Source of the DNA: the human T2T-CHM13v2.0 reference genome, Homo sapiens
Strand: one strand, 5' to 3'
Assembly (NCBI RefSeq): GCF_009914755.1
Contig: NC_060935.1
Length of the DNA: 64,000 bases
In this document: positions 31,411-44,632 of the stretch, one piece after another
Numbering within the stretch: position 1 is the stretch's first letter
How the letters are laid out: the number at the start of each line of letters is the position of its first letter
Position numbers and translations under genes: made by a program
Notes under the pieces: model-generated
Databases searched by the model: none
Told to the model about the DNA's origin: nothing
The model's input: only the letters and a program-made list of their open reading frames with translations

Positions 31411-31633
31411 TGTTAAATAAAGGTGCCTTTGCAGACTTCTGGCAAGAAGTGATGCCTAAGCTGAGACCTGCTTGATCAACAGCAGTCAATTTGCAATCTG
31501 CTGTATTTGAATATTTACCTAATCTTTTTGTACTAAAAAGGAACAATCTTTTTTTCAAAGAGAAATAGGTCCGTGTGAACCTGATATGGAATGAAAAATG
31601 TTCGAATATGTCCTTCCTACTCAGTATACTTAC

Positions 31634-32278
31634 TGTAAACCAGAAATAAAATTCAAAGCTCCCCCCACCAACAAGTATCTGAATGGACTCCCTCCTCCTG
31701 GAAATGCCTCAAGGGCACTCTGAAGTTAACTCGAAAGACTGGTTCAGGTCATGATGGGAAGAGGGGATTGGACGTGCCTCATTATGCCTTCCTCCCTTCT
31801 GGAATTCAGGAAAACCCAACCAGCATTCAACATCAGCACAGACCTTAAGTCTGGTATGAAGCATTTACAATCTATTCTCTCTGAAGCCTGGTAACTGGAG
31901 ACTTCATCTGCATGATAAAACTTTGGTCTCCACAACCTCTTATCATAACCCAGATACTCCTTTCTATTGATAATAACTTTTTCAACCAATTGCCAGTTAG
32001 ACAATTTAAAAAATCTACCTATAACCAGGAAAGCCCCACAGTCCCCCCATGTCGAGTTGTTGTCTTGATTTTCTGGACCGAACCAATGTATAGCTTAAAT
32101 GTATTTGATTGATGTCTTATGTCTTCTTAAAATGTATAAAATCAAGCTGCAACCAGAATACGTTGGGCACATGTTCTTAGGGTCTCCTGAGGGCTGTGTC
32201 ATGAGCCGTGGCCACTCCTATTTCACTCACAATAAATCCCTTCAAATATTTTACAGAGTTTAACTCTTTTCATTGACA
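31634..32278 (+). mobile_element. MER4-group solo LTR (ERV1)
   Basis: TGTAAACCAGAAATAAAATTC...AATAAATCCCTTCAAATATTTTACAGAGTTTAACTCTTTTCATTGACA, TSD TTAC/ATAC. Confidence 0.88.
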
Positions 32279-32951
32279 ATACAAAAGAAGATTTTACAGA
32301 ATTCAGAAATGCAATGTACGTAGGGAAGATTACTATGATTCCCCAACAATTAAAATGATTGGAGTTTGCTCACAAGCCAGAATAAATGCTAATTTTATGT
32401 GTATGAATGAAATGAGTGTTTATCATTATGACAGAGGTGTGACAATTTTAAAGCTTAAAGGTTCTTATGAAATAAATTATAAATGTTAGAAGCATTGTTT
32501 CTCCTCCAGTGCTAAAAATAGGGCAGAATTCTCAATTGAGGTAGCCTAACAATTTAGGAATGTTTATAATTGTGCGTTTTCTCAAGAACTGACAGCTTAG
32601 ATATAGATTTCTGCAATTAGATCACAAGACTTATCTGAAGCTGCACTTAGAAACACAGAATATTAAAACTTATAGAGAAGCTAGAGATCGTATTGTCCAA
32701 ATCCCGAGAGGTAATATGTTTGTGTAAGTTCAAATCACTACACAGTGGCAGTGTCTGGACTTTGTTTCTTGACTTCCTGTTCATTACCACTACACACCTA
32801 GGTGTCTTTTCCATTTTCCAGGAAGCTTCATTTCACTCTATTCAATGAGAAGTGAAGTGTTTGTTTTGTATGGGGCAGATCAAACCCCGGACAGAGCTCT
32901 TAGGAAATGCACCTTGTTTCTGGTTTCTTAGACAATCCAGTGTGATAACTC

Positions 32952-33262
32952 TTTTTTTTTTTTTTTCTTGTGAGACAGGGTCTCGCTCTGTCACTTGGGC
33001 TGGAGTGCAGTGGTGGCGTGATCACAGCTCACTGCAGCCTCGAACTTTTGGGCTCAAGTGATCCTCTCACCTCAGCCTCCCAAGTAGCTGGGACTGTAGG
33101 CACGTGCCACTGTGTTCAGCTAATTTTTTTTAAATGTTTGTGTTTTGGAGAGAGGTCTCACTCTGTTGTTTAGGCTGCTCTCGAATTCCTGGGCTCAAGC
33201 AGTTTTCCTGCTTTGCTCTCCCAATGTATTGGGATTACAGGCTTGAGCCACTGCAAGTGGCC
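32952..33262 (-). mobile_element. Full-length AluJ
   Basis: GATCACAGCTCACTGCAGCCTCGAAC...GGGCTCAAG J-type motifs, poly-T. Confidence 0.93.
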
Positions 33263-33994
33263 TACTTTCTAAGATTAATGTTTGCATTTCTTTAATAGTT
33301 TACTTATATCTTATAAATCTTATTTATTTATCTTATATAGTATCTTATTATACTTTTTTTATCTCGAAATGGCAAGGTTTCCGAGTTGGTAGTTGAAAGA
33401 CATCTGAGTACAAAATTGAACTAACTTAAATCCTTTTTGCTTTACCTTCATTTTATGATGAGCTCCTCTTGTATATTTCTGGTTTGGGAAAAACTAGATA
33501 TAGAACATAAATGTCATATTCATTTTCCTTCTATCTACCTAGATTTCCTTGGCTTTGCACATGAAGTTAAATGAAGTAGTAATTCTTAAAGTCTTGGACT
33601 CATGGGTTAGAAGTGTTTTAAGTGGGTTTTCTTCTCTCCTGAGATACATTAACATAAGAGAATAAGAAACTCATATCTTCTCGTGTCAATTTATTTCAAA
33701 CTTTATAAACCTTTGTATGGAATCCACTTCCTGTATCTTCAACTTCATGGTTTTATTTCTGCCTCTAGGGAAGTAAACAGAGCAGTTCTAATTCCCCCTC
33801 CCTGTGAAAATGTATAGTAAAGTTAAAGAAGCTTAATAACGAAAGTCACAGAGGCAAAAAGAAACACTTCTTATTTTTTTCTCATCTTCATTTCATTGCT
33901 AGAAATTTAATAATGTAATGAAAATAATATTTTGAAAAGATGGAATTGATGTATTTTGTGTTTCTCATCCCTCCTGCTCATTTTAACTATGAAT

Positions 33995-34400
33995 AGATGG
34001 CATCATAACCAGGGACCCTGACCCCTCAGAAATAAAAATCTGGGTCATCACACCTGTCAAGCAACCTAAACCAGTGCAAGTGTTCACCAACTATGAAAAT
34101 AATCTCAAATGGATGGTAGAGGAGGGAGATGATAAATATCAGCTAAGGCCTCAGAGCTAAATGCAGCAGTAGAGGCTAGTTCATATTACTACCCTCCTAT
34201 TGTTAGTTTTCTCTAGAAATTATGACAACTGCCATCTTAAAGAAACCATGACAGGATGATAAAATGTGAGTCCATCGAGTGGTGCAAAGGGTGTACTGAA
34301 AGTGGTTGCTGTTGGTGCTCCACCCAGATCTCTCAGATTTCCTTTTCCATTTCTGTGTCCCCTTCCCTCAGCATTGGTGCACTTTTGCCTCCAATAACTC
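33995..34400 (+). mobile_element. ERVL internal 3' end (integrase C-terminus), PPT and start of an LTR16-like LTR
   Basis: Translates KIWVITPVKQPKPVQVFTNYENNLKWMVEEGDDKYQLRP, like the ERVL pol C-terminus; AAAGGGTGTAC/TG polypurine-tract-LTR junction near 34290. Confidence 0.65.
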
Positions 34401-35235
34401 ATATCTGACATTCTTCTTTGAAGGATTCACATCGAACAATAGAAACTGCTTATTGCAACACATGGAGCAGAATTATTCAATACATGTTAGCCATCATTAT
34501 TACTATTCTCCTTCCCAAGTAATTTTTGTCTCACTATGAAGAAAATAATTGGAATAGACCTCATGCTTTTGTGTGTTCTTGCATGAAAAAAACAAACAAA
34601 CAAAGATATCTTTATAAGTTAGTATTCCCTTCTCTGGAAGAGGCTGGACTAACAGAGAACAGGAGTCAGGAGGCCTGGGTCCTATCTGTCCCCTCCATAG
34701 TGTGGGCCACATATTCTATATCTGTAAAACAAGGGGTAGTCTAAAACAGAGTCAAGGTCTCAGCTAAAATATTATCTCCTCGAAAACCTCTAAGTATCCT
34801 TTCTACCAGAAGCTCTCTAACACTTTAGTCTGCTATTTCCTTTATTGTACTTACACAGTTTGTAATTATCTTTTTGTGTTTGTCTGTCTCCCCCAGTTGG
34901 CATGTAATCTAGACAAGAGCATACATCACATCTGTCTTTTCTGTCTTCTTCATCTCCAGGGCCTAGCATGGTGCCTGGTCCATGGTAGTTATTTAATATA
35001 TCTTTATAGGAAAAAATTTAAAAAGTGAGCTTAATATTTAAAATTACTCTGCTTATCTATTGCTGCATGATAAACCACTGCACCCCAAAGTTAGTGGGGA
35101 ATCAAACCGTTTTGTTATACTTACAGATCCTTTGGGTCAGAGATTTAGATAGGGAACAGCAATAAGAAGTTATCTTTCCTCAATGAAACTAGGAGGATTC
35201 AAGACTAAGATGCAGAATCATCTGGAAACATTTTT

Positions 35236-38200
35236 TTCTTTTCTTTTTTTTTATTATACTTTAAGTTCTAGGATACATGTGCAGAACATGCAGGTTTGAT
35301 ATATAGGTATACATGTGCCATGGTGATTTGCTGCACCCATCAACCCATCGTCTACATTAGGTATTTCTCCTAATGCTGTATCTCCCCTTGCCCCCAGCCC
35401 CTGAGAGGCCCCGGTGTGTGACGTTCCCCTCCCTGTGTCCATGTGTTCTCATTGTTCAACTCCCACTTATGAATGAGAACATGCAGTGCTTGGTTTTCTG
35501 TTCCTGTGTTAGTTTGCTGAGAATGATGGTTTCCAGCTTCATCCATGTCCCTGCAAAGGACATGAACTCATTCTTTTTTATGGCTGCATAGTGTTCCATA
35601 GTGTATATGTGCCACATTTTCTCTATCCAGTCTGTCATTGATAGACATTTGGGTTGGTTCCAAGTCTTTGCTATTGTGAATAATGCTGCAATATACATAT
35701 GTGTGCATGTGTCTTTATAGTAGAATGACTTATAATCCTTTGGATTTATACCCTGTAATGGGATTGCTGGGTCAAATGATATTTCTGGTTCTACATCCTT
35801 GAGGAATCGCCACACTGTCTTCCACAATGGTTGAACTAATTTACACTCCCACCAACAGTGTAAAAGTGTTCGTGTTTCTCCACATCCTCTCCAGCATCTG
35901 TTGTTTCCTGACTTTTTAATGATTGCCATTCTAACTAGTGTGAGATGGTATCTTATTGTGGTTGTGATTTGCATTTCTCTAATGACCAGTGATGATGAGC
36001 TTTTTTACATATGTTTGTTGGTCACATAAATATCTTCTTTTGAGAAGTGTCTGTTCATGTCCTTCACCCACTTTTTGATGGGTTGTTTGTTTTTTTCTTG
36101 TAAATTTGTTTAAGTTCTTTGTAGATTCTGGATATTAGCCCTTTGTCAGATGGATAGATTGCAAAAATTTTCTCCCATTCTGTAGGTTACCTGTTGACTC
36201 TGATGATAGTTTCTTTTGCTGTGCAGAATGTCTTTAGTTTAATTATATCCCATTTGTCAATTTTGGCTTTTTTTTGCCATTGCTTTTGGTGTTTTAGTCA
36301 TGAAGTCTTTGCCCATACCTATGTCCTGAATGGTATTACCTACGTTTTCTTCTAGGGATTTTATGGTTTTGGGTCTTACATTTAAGTCTTTAATCCATCT
36401 CAAGTTAATTTTTGTGTAAGGTATAAGGGAGAAGTCCAGTTTCAGTTTTCTGCATATGGCTAGCCAGTTTTCCCAACACCATTTATTAAATAGCAAATCA
36501 TTTCCCCATTGCTTGTTTTTATTAGGTTTGTCAATGTGTGGATGTGTGGTGTTATTTCTGAGGCCTCTGTTCTGTTCCACTGGTCTATATATCTGTTTTG
36601 GTACCAGTACCATGCTGTTTTGGTTACTGTAGCCTTGTAGTATAGTCTGAAATCAGGTAGCGTGATGCCTCCTGCTTTGTTCTTTTTGCTTAGGATTGTC
36701 TTGGCTATATGGGCTCTTTTTTGGTTCCATATGAAACTTAAAGTAGTTTTTTTTAATTCTTTGAAGAAAGTCAATGGTAGCTTGACGGGAATAGTATTGA
36801 ATCTATATATTACTATGGGCAGTATGGCCATTTTCATGACCTTGATTCTTTCTATTCATGAGCATGGAATGATTTTCCATTTGTTTGTGTCCTCTCTTAT
36901 TTCCTTGAGCAGTGGTTTGTAGTTTTTGAAGAGGTCCTTCATATCCCTTGTAAGTTGTATTCCTAGGGATTTTATTCTCTTTGTAGCAATTGTGAATGGG
37001 AGTTCCCTCATGATTTGACTCTCTGTTTGTTGTTATTGGTGTATAAGAATGCTTGTGGTTTTTGCATATTGATTTTGTATCCTGAGACTTTGCTGAAATT
37101 GTTTATCAGCTTAAGGAGTTTTTGGGCTGAGACGTTGGGGTTTTCTAATATACAATCAAGTCATCTGCAAACAAACAATTTGACTTCCTCTCTTCCTATT
37201 TGAATACGCTTTATTTCTTTCTCTTGCCTGATTGCTCTGGCCAGAACTTCCAATCCTATGTTGAATATGAGTGGTGAAAGAGGACATTCTTGTCTTGTGC
37301 TGGCTATCAAAAGGAATGCTTCCATTCTTTGCCTGTTCAGAAATCTTCCATCAATACCTAGTTTATTGAGTGTTTTTAGCATGAAGGGGTGTTGAATTTT
37401 ACTGAAGGCCTTTTCTGCGTCTATTGAGATAATCATGTGGTTTTTGTCATTGGTTCTGTTTATGTGATGGATTACATTTATTGATTTGTGTATGTTGAAC
37501 CAGCCTTGCATCCCAGGGATGAAGCTGACTTGATTGTGGTGGATGAGCTTTTTGATGTGCTGCTGGATTCGGTTTGCCAGTATTTTATTGAGGATTTTCG
37601 CATTGATGTTCATTGGGGATATTGGCCTGAAATTTTCTTTTTTTGTTGTGTCTCTGCCAGGTTTTGGTATCAGGATGATGCTGGCCTCATAAAATGAGTT
37701 AGGGAGGAGTCCCTCTTTTTCGATTGTTTGGAATATTTTCAGAAAAAATGGTACCAGCTCCTCTTTGTACCTCTGGTAGAATTTGGGTGTGAACTCACTC
37801 AAAACCGCACAACTACATGGAAACTGATCAACCTGCTTCTGAATGACTACTGAGTAAATAACAAAGTTAAGGTGGAAATAAATAAGTTCTTTGAAACCAA
37901 TGAGTCAAAGACACAACATATCAGAATTTCTGGGACACAGATAAGCAGCATTTAGAGGGACATTTATAGCACTAAATGCCCACAGGAGAAAGCAGGAAAG
38001 ATCTAAAATCAGCACCCTAATATCACAATTAAAAGAACTAGAGAAGTAAGAGCAAACACATTCAAAAGCTAGCAGAAGACAAGAAATAATTAAGATCAGA
38101 GCAGAACTGAAGGAGATAGAGACATGAAAACCCCTTCAAAAGACAATGACACCAGGAGCTGGCTTTTTGAAAAGATTAACAAAATAGATAGACTGTTAGC

Positions 38201-38471
38201 CAGACTAATAAAGAAGAAAAGAGAGAAGAATCAAATAGACACAATAAAAAATGATAAATGGGATATCACCACTGATCCCACAGAAATACAAACTACCATC
38301 AGAGAATACTATAAATACTTCTATGCAAAGAAACTAGAAAATCTAGAAGAAATGGAAAAATTCCTCGACACATATACCCTCTGAAGACTAAACCAGGAAG
38401 AAGTCGAATCCCTGAATAGACCAATAACAAGTTCTGAAATTGAGGCAGTAATTAATAGCCTACCAACCAAA
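35236..38471 (-). mobile_element. L1PA7-like element, 5'-truncated and 5'-inverted
   Basis: 35236-37793 antisense 3'UTR plus ORF2; 37794-38471 sense ORF2 segment; perfect TSD GAAACATTTTT (35225-35235, 38472-38482). Confidence 0.95.
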
Positions 38472-38872
38472 GAAACATTTTTACTTACATGTACGATGGT
38501 GTGGACTGTTGGCTGGGACTTCAGGTCATCTATTTGCCAGAACACCTAAATGTTGCCTCTTTATGAGGCCTTTCTGTGTAGTGTTTCCATGGAAGATAGT
38601 TTGGGCTGCTTCACAGCATGGAAGCTGGTTTTCAAAAGAAAAAAAGTCCTATGAGAAAAATGTGAAAATTCAGGGCATGTTATTTTGTAATCTTGAAAGT
38701 AACAGAGCTTCATTTCTGTTACACCCTCTTGATTGAGCAGGTGCAAAGCTTTGATTGGGTTCAAGGGGAGGGGATATAGATCTTGCCACTGGATGGGAGA
38801 GTCAAAGTTATATTATAAGAAGAGACTGTGAGATGGGAGAGGATATTTGAGCCAACTTTGGAAAATGCAACA

Positions 38873-39211
38873 AAAATCTCATCTTGAATTATAATCCCCA
38901 TAACCCCCACGTGTCAAAGGCAGCACCAGGTAGAGGTAATTGGATCATGTGAGTGGTTTCCCCCATGCTGTTCTCATGATAATGAATGAGTTCTTATGAG
39001 ATATAATGCTTGTATGAGTATCTGGCATTTCCCTTGCTTGCACTTCTCCTTCCTGGCACCTTGTGGAGAAGATGCCTTGCTTCTTCTTCACCTTCGTCCA
39101 TGATGCTAAGTTTCCTGAGGCCTCCGCAGCCATGCTGAGCTGTGAGTCAATTAAACCTCTTTCCTTTGTAAATTACCCAGTCTCAAGCAGTTCTTTATAG
39201 TAGTATGAACT
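38873..39211 (+). mobile_element. THE1D-like LTR lacking both termini
   Basis: AAATCTCATCTTGAATT...GTGAGTCAATTAAACCTCTTTCCTTTGTAAATTACCCAGTCTC; no TGAT start or TAATACA end. Confidence 0.88.
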
Positions 39212-39519
39212 GCACAATCTTCCACAGGTACATACGTAACTTAATACAATTGTCCCAGATTTTAATCTTTTATGAGAGAGTAAAAAACAAAAGTCTGAGT
39301 ATGAAAGATTCCTTATTTCTGCCCCAGCATTCTGTGAACCTCAAATCCGTACAAATATTTTTAAAAGTCTCATTTGAAATAGAACATTAGCTTTGTAATA
39401 TAAACATCCCAGAATAGATAGATGACTCTGTGTTATTGCAAGTATATACATTTCTATGTGGCTTGAAAGTGTGTTAAAACAAAGCCAAATGTTAAATATT
39501 TCTATATAAATATTAGTGA

Positions 39520-39865
<346 letters not shown>

Positions 39866-41429
39866 TAGTTGTGCTTTTTGTAGAAGCCACAGTGGGTTGG
39901 TTGTTGGGGTTTGCTTGGTGAGTTGCATGAGCCCATCGTGTTTCCCTCCTTCTTTCCTCTTTATAAAGTTTAATATTAGGCAACTGAATAGTATCTAACA
40001 CAAGCCCTTAACATATGTGCTTGATTCTAAATGATACCATTTAAGCAGAATTGTTAGTGTGTTTTTTTACTAGAATCAAGGCAGGCTGTAAAGTTTCATC
40101 TCTATTTTTTGTACTCATAATCATGGAAAATGGTATTTATTCTTCAGAGCATCATTCTACACTGTATTAATGAAATCTTCACTCACCACCAGAAAAACAT
40201 TAACCTATTTTCTCTAGACATCAGAAAAATAGTACCGATTCAACAAATGAGGTAACTGAGTGTTTTATACTCTAGTGAAGCTTACAATACTTTTCGAAAT
40301 GGTTGAAATGAAAGAAGCCTTCTGATTACCTAGGTAATCTGAAAATGTTATTACCCTAATCCTCCATTTTTTTAGTCCTTGAATTAATGTTTTACTGAAA
40401 TGCATCATTTATTAATGTATAGATGTCAAGTGATATATGGATCATGTTTTCAAGGCTTTGCAAATCATAAGTTGGACTTGCAGTCAGCTGAGAATATACT
40501 TGCTTTTCTGGCAGTAGTGATGGATTTGTTCCGTTCTGATCCATCCTGATCTTTTGTGATTGGCTTCCCTCCCTCTCTCTCTCTCTTCTTTTTTTTTTTT
40601 TTTTTTGGCAAATATTTAACTTTCCCTTTCTCTTACTTGTCTTTGAGAGTTTCAGTAACCCTGGGGGAAAGAGAAAACAGTGCCAACCAATTATGTTACC
40701 AAACTTTGAAAGGTCAGTGATGTACAGGCTATCTGAGGGAGAGCATAAAACCCATTAGCAGCCTGATATCTCATTTGGTGGCTAACAATCCGAGAGGAAT
40801 ACCAAATGGCCTCCCCCAACATTAATCCCCTAGAAGTAAAGGATCTTAACAAGAAAGAAATAACGTTATCAATTTCTTCCATTCTCATTAAACTCCAAAG
40901 GCTGTAATCTAGAGGCGTTTTTGGTTTTCACGCACAGCCAGTGTGAAAGAATTGCAGCATACAAAAAGGAACATGGTAGAAAAATTAAATTAAAATAGAG
41001 CATTGGCATGGCTTATTCATGCAAATATATGTGTAATTTCCAATTTGTAAAAGCTCAACATCCTAAACACTACTCTAACTTATCTTCCCATTACATGTCA
41101 CTAGTGTCCCACAGGAAATCCACAGGGAGAATGGCAACAATTCTACTCTCAAAACACTTTCCACCTTTCTACTTCTCCTTTCTATTTTTCTCTGACTTTC
41201 TCTTTTCTGCTTTGGTGCCCTTCCTAGTTCTGTCTACATATATGAAAGCCTACTTACTTTTCAAGACCTACTTGAAGTCTTAAACCTTATATGGCAGTAA
41301 CCCATAGCCACCTTCCCTTCATGAGGCCATATTGCTTCTCCGTATTACTGGCCACACTGCTTATTTGGCACTAAGTATACAGGCAACACATTTAAGACAA
41401 ATATCCATAAATGTCCCATGGTCCCAACA

Positions 41430-42200
41430 CATACTCATTTATTCACTCATTGTCCCATTGATTGATTGATGAAACATTCCTAGAGTATATATTTTATACC
41501 ACATAATGTAGAAGATGCCAAAGACACATGAATGAATAAAATCCTATTGATAATTGAGTAGGAGATGGGAATGAGTACAGTCAGACAGGTGCTATGATAG
41601 AAATGTAAGCAGGTCACATTGCATCCACAAAGGAGGAGTGGTCAGTATTACTGAGAAGAAGAGAGGCCTGAGGGGAGAGCTACAGTGAACCAAAGAAGAT
41701 GATTATTTAGTGATACAGAACAGAGAGAGGTGGAGAGGAAAGTTGGTGATGTAAGGAAGAGTCATTGCAGAAAGAGGGGTCGACATAAATAAAGATTACA
41801 ATGTGAATGTGGGGATATAGAAGGACAAGAAGTTTTGAGTAGAAAAAAACCATAGATTGTGAAATGAAACAGGAATCAGATGAACAAGAATAGGGTTGGA
41901 GAGATCATAGGAGGCTTTTTGCATCAGGGAGAGAAGATTGGAGTTAATCTGTGGGCAATGGAGGCCATTGTGGTTTTCTGTGTGCTGGAGAAACGTGGTT
42001 AGATTTGTGTTTTCTATGATTAATTAGGCAATGGTGTGTAGGCTAGATGGTGATGAGACATGAAAAAAGAAAGAAAGAAAGAATCTTGTAATGGTCCAAG
42101 TGAAAGATAGTTAGAATATGCATTAATGAGGATGCAGATACAGGTAGAACTATGACAAATTATGAGAAAATAAAATCTATAGGACTTTTGACTTCTTGAA
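41430..42200 (-). mobile_element. L2 remnant
   Basis: CATTTATTCACTCATT tail and GTGGGCAATGGAGGCCATTG...AGATTTGTGTTTT motifs; boundaries approximate. Confidence 0.55.
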
Positions 42201-43071
42201 GACACATACTACACCTTATTCTATGTATGCTGCGCAGCCCTAAGCATTTATTAAGGGGTGTTGTTAATATTTGCTAAATAAAATTGAGCTTTATACTGGT
42301 GTAAGAAAAGCCTTCAAAAGGATTGCATAATTTTACATGTTCCCCATTAAGTTAAAGCAGATTTTGATCTACAGCTGAGATTATAAATCTTATGCAATTT
42401 TGCTTAGAAATAAAAAAAACTAGAGAATGTTCATGTGGAAGACTATTTCAGGACTCAGACTGCTTTGCTGTTAAAGTTTCATAACTGAAATGTATTCCAA
42501 GTTCTGGATTGACATATGACAGAGCTATTTTATATTAAATGTGTTGGTATAAGGTTGGTATTTGATTCAAAAAGAATCTTAAACCAATAGGGTTGTATCA
42601 GCTATTCCTGAAATTGTAGACTAATAATATTTTTATTTTTCCTGGACTAGGTGACTAAGAGTAAAAAAAAACATGCTTCTACTCTGTATTGAATGAGAAT
42701 AGAAGTCTCAGGATAATGGACAGATTGATCTTCCCACTCAGGGAACAATTCCTTAATATTGGTAGAATAAAAAAGGTCAGAAGCCATTATGACTTCTTCC
42801 CATTGCCCCCAAATTAAAGGTGATTATTACAATGATTGTGGTACTAACTGATTAGTAGTACTAACTAGGTATCAAAATGTACCTTGATATTCCTTTTAGA
42901 AGAGCAAATAGACTTGAGGTAAGCATATAACAAAGTCATTGCATGTGTTGTTTTGAAATTCATAATAAAAAATATTTTTAATGTCTTTTACAAATTCATA
43001 ATGGGTCTTCTGTTTCATCTGGTACTAAGGCCTTGTCACTGAACTTGTAACCTCAAGCAATGATAGAGCAG

Positions 43072-43590
43072 TGAGGTAGATTTCAGAAATGGCTCCATCA
43101 TTGCAATGTTTTTCGCAATGTGACTTAACAGTTCCTGTCATTAAAAAGTAGAGTCTGTTTGCCCACCCCTACACATTGGCTTGGTTTTATGACTTATTTG
43201 GTCAATAGATTATAGGCGAAATAATATGCCAATTCTAAACCTGGGTCTCAAAAGGCCTGTTGGGCTTTTGTTCCCTCTTTGACCTGAGCCTTTGCATGAG
43301 ACCAAGCCCAGGCTATCCTGCTGATGATTAGAGTACTGTACATTTGGAGCAGAGACAAATGATTGCTGGTAAAGCCATCCTGGACCAGTAAGGCACCAGC
43401 TGACATGCCAGCTGACCACAGACTCATGAACAATTCAGACAGGTTTGGCCCAGAACCGTAGAATTAGCCAGCCAGCCAGCCAGCCATGCTCACTTGTGAG
43501 CATAACAAAAAACACTTTATGGTTGTGTGCCACTGAGGTTTTGTGGTTATGTGTTGCACAGTATTGTGATGGTGAGATATAACTCATACA
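43072..43590 (+). mobile_element. MLT1F/G/H-like solo LTR
   Basis: TGAGGTAGA...GCAATGTGACTT...GCCACTGAGGTTTTGTGG...GATATAACTCATACA. Confidence 0.75.
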
Positions 43591-44632
43591 GCCAGGTGGT
43601 AAGTGTAGGACAGAGATGAGAACAAGCCATTCATGAGTAAGGTGCCAAGATTTGTATAAAAATCCTGTTAAGTAGGTAGCAACAGTAAGTCAATCCCAAA
43701 GACAGTGGTGTCTGGTTCATTGACTCGGTCAATGAGTTTCAGATGGAGCCAATAAAGCAAGTCATAACTTCTCCCTGTAGAAAAGTTGTCCTGGCAGAGT
43801 CTGAACCCATATTGAAGTCGATTTAAGTCCAAAACAACTCATTTAGGCATCAGTTAGAGTTTTAATTTTATCATTTACTGGCTGTTACAATTGCAGCTAA
43901 TATTTGTCAAGATTTTCTTTGTGCTAAGATAATCTTATTTAACATTCACAGAAAAATCCTATACCATGTAGTTAGTAATTGGAAAATTTAGGACACAAAC
44001 TCAGGTCTCTGCCTCTTGGCCGCCCTTTCATTAAAGTCTCTATAAGCTTCATTTTACTCATGTATAAAATGGGGATGATCATACTTACTTTCAAGGGTTG
44101 GATCAAAGATTAGATAAGATAATGCATGAGGACATTCAGTCATTAATCCATTATAAGTTTAATTATGATTTCATCCTCAGACTTCCAGGTGTACTTGGCC
44201 AGCTGCATTCTTTCTCTGGAAACTTTGCAGCTGACTTAATTCTCATGGAGTCTGGAAACTATTCTTTTTATTAAAAAAGAGCTTTTGGTTATCTTTTTAT
44301 TTGCAGGGACAGCATCTTCCAACCTGACCTGGAATCTGGCAGACTTGTCAGTGGTGATTCTTCCTCTTTCCAATACGTCCCTTAGAAAGGCCTGACACTG
44401 AGACACTGATTCTGTAAAAGAAAGATTAGTAATCTCCTTTGGTGAAGGAACTTGCCAAGTTTTAAAAAGAAGTGCTAAGGAAAAATTAACACATGATGAA
44501 ATGTGAAGCCTGTTACGTTGATAACAAGTTTTCTTCTGCATATACCAGAACGTATTCCTACAGGCATCTTTTACTGTAAGTCTCTTCTGATTGGAAAACT
44601 AATCTGTATATTCTTTTGGGATACATTCAATT

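Larger units (their letters stand above)
35045..39226 (-). mobile_element. Old MLT1-type LTR split by an L1PA7-like insertion and a THE1 fragment
   Basis: TATCTATTGCTGCATGATAAACCAC...CCCCAAAGTTAGTGG at left, continues after the L1 TSD at 38472, ends near CAATCTTCCACA. Confidence 0.6.

Noticed and set aside
40320-40343. 16-bp perfect palindrome GATTACCTAGGTAATC
   Set aside because: About one 8-bp-arm palindrome is expected by chance in 64 kb
40515-40552. Possible C/D snoRNA or miRNA hairpin (TGATGGAT...CTGATCCATCCTGA)
   Set aside because: No exact C box, far too short, stem only 7 bp
44280-44445. Strong acceptor TCTTTTTATTTGCAG/G at 44306
   Set aside because: No convincing donor within normal exon distance
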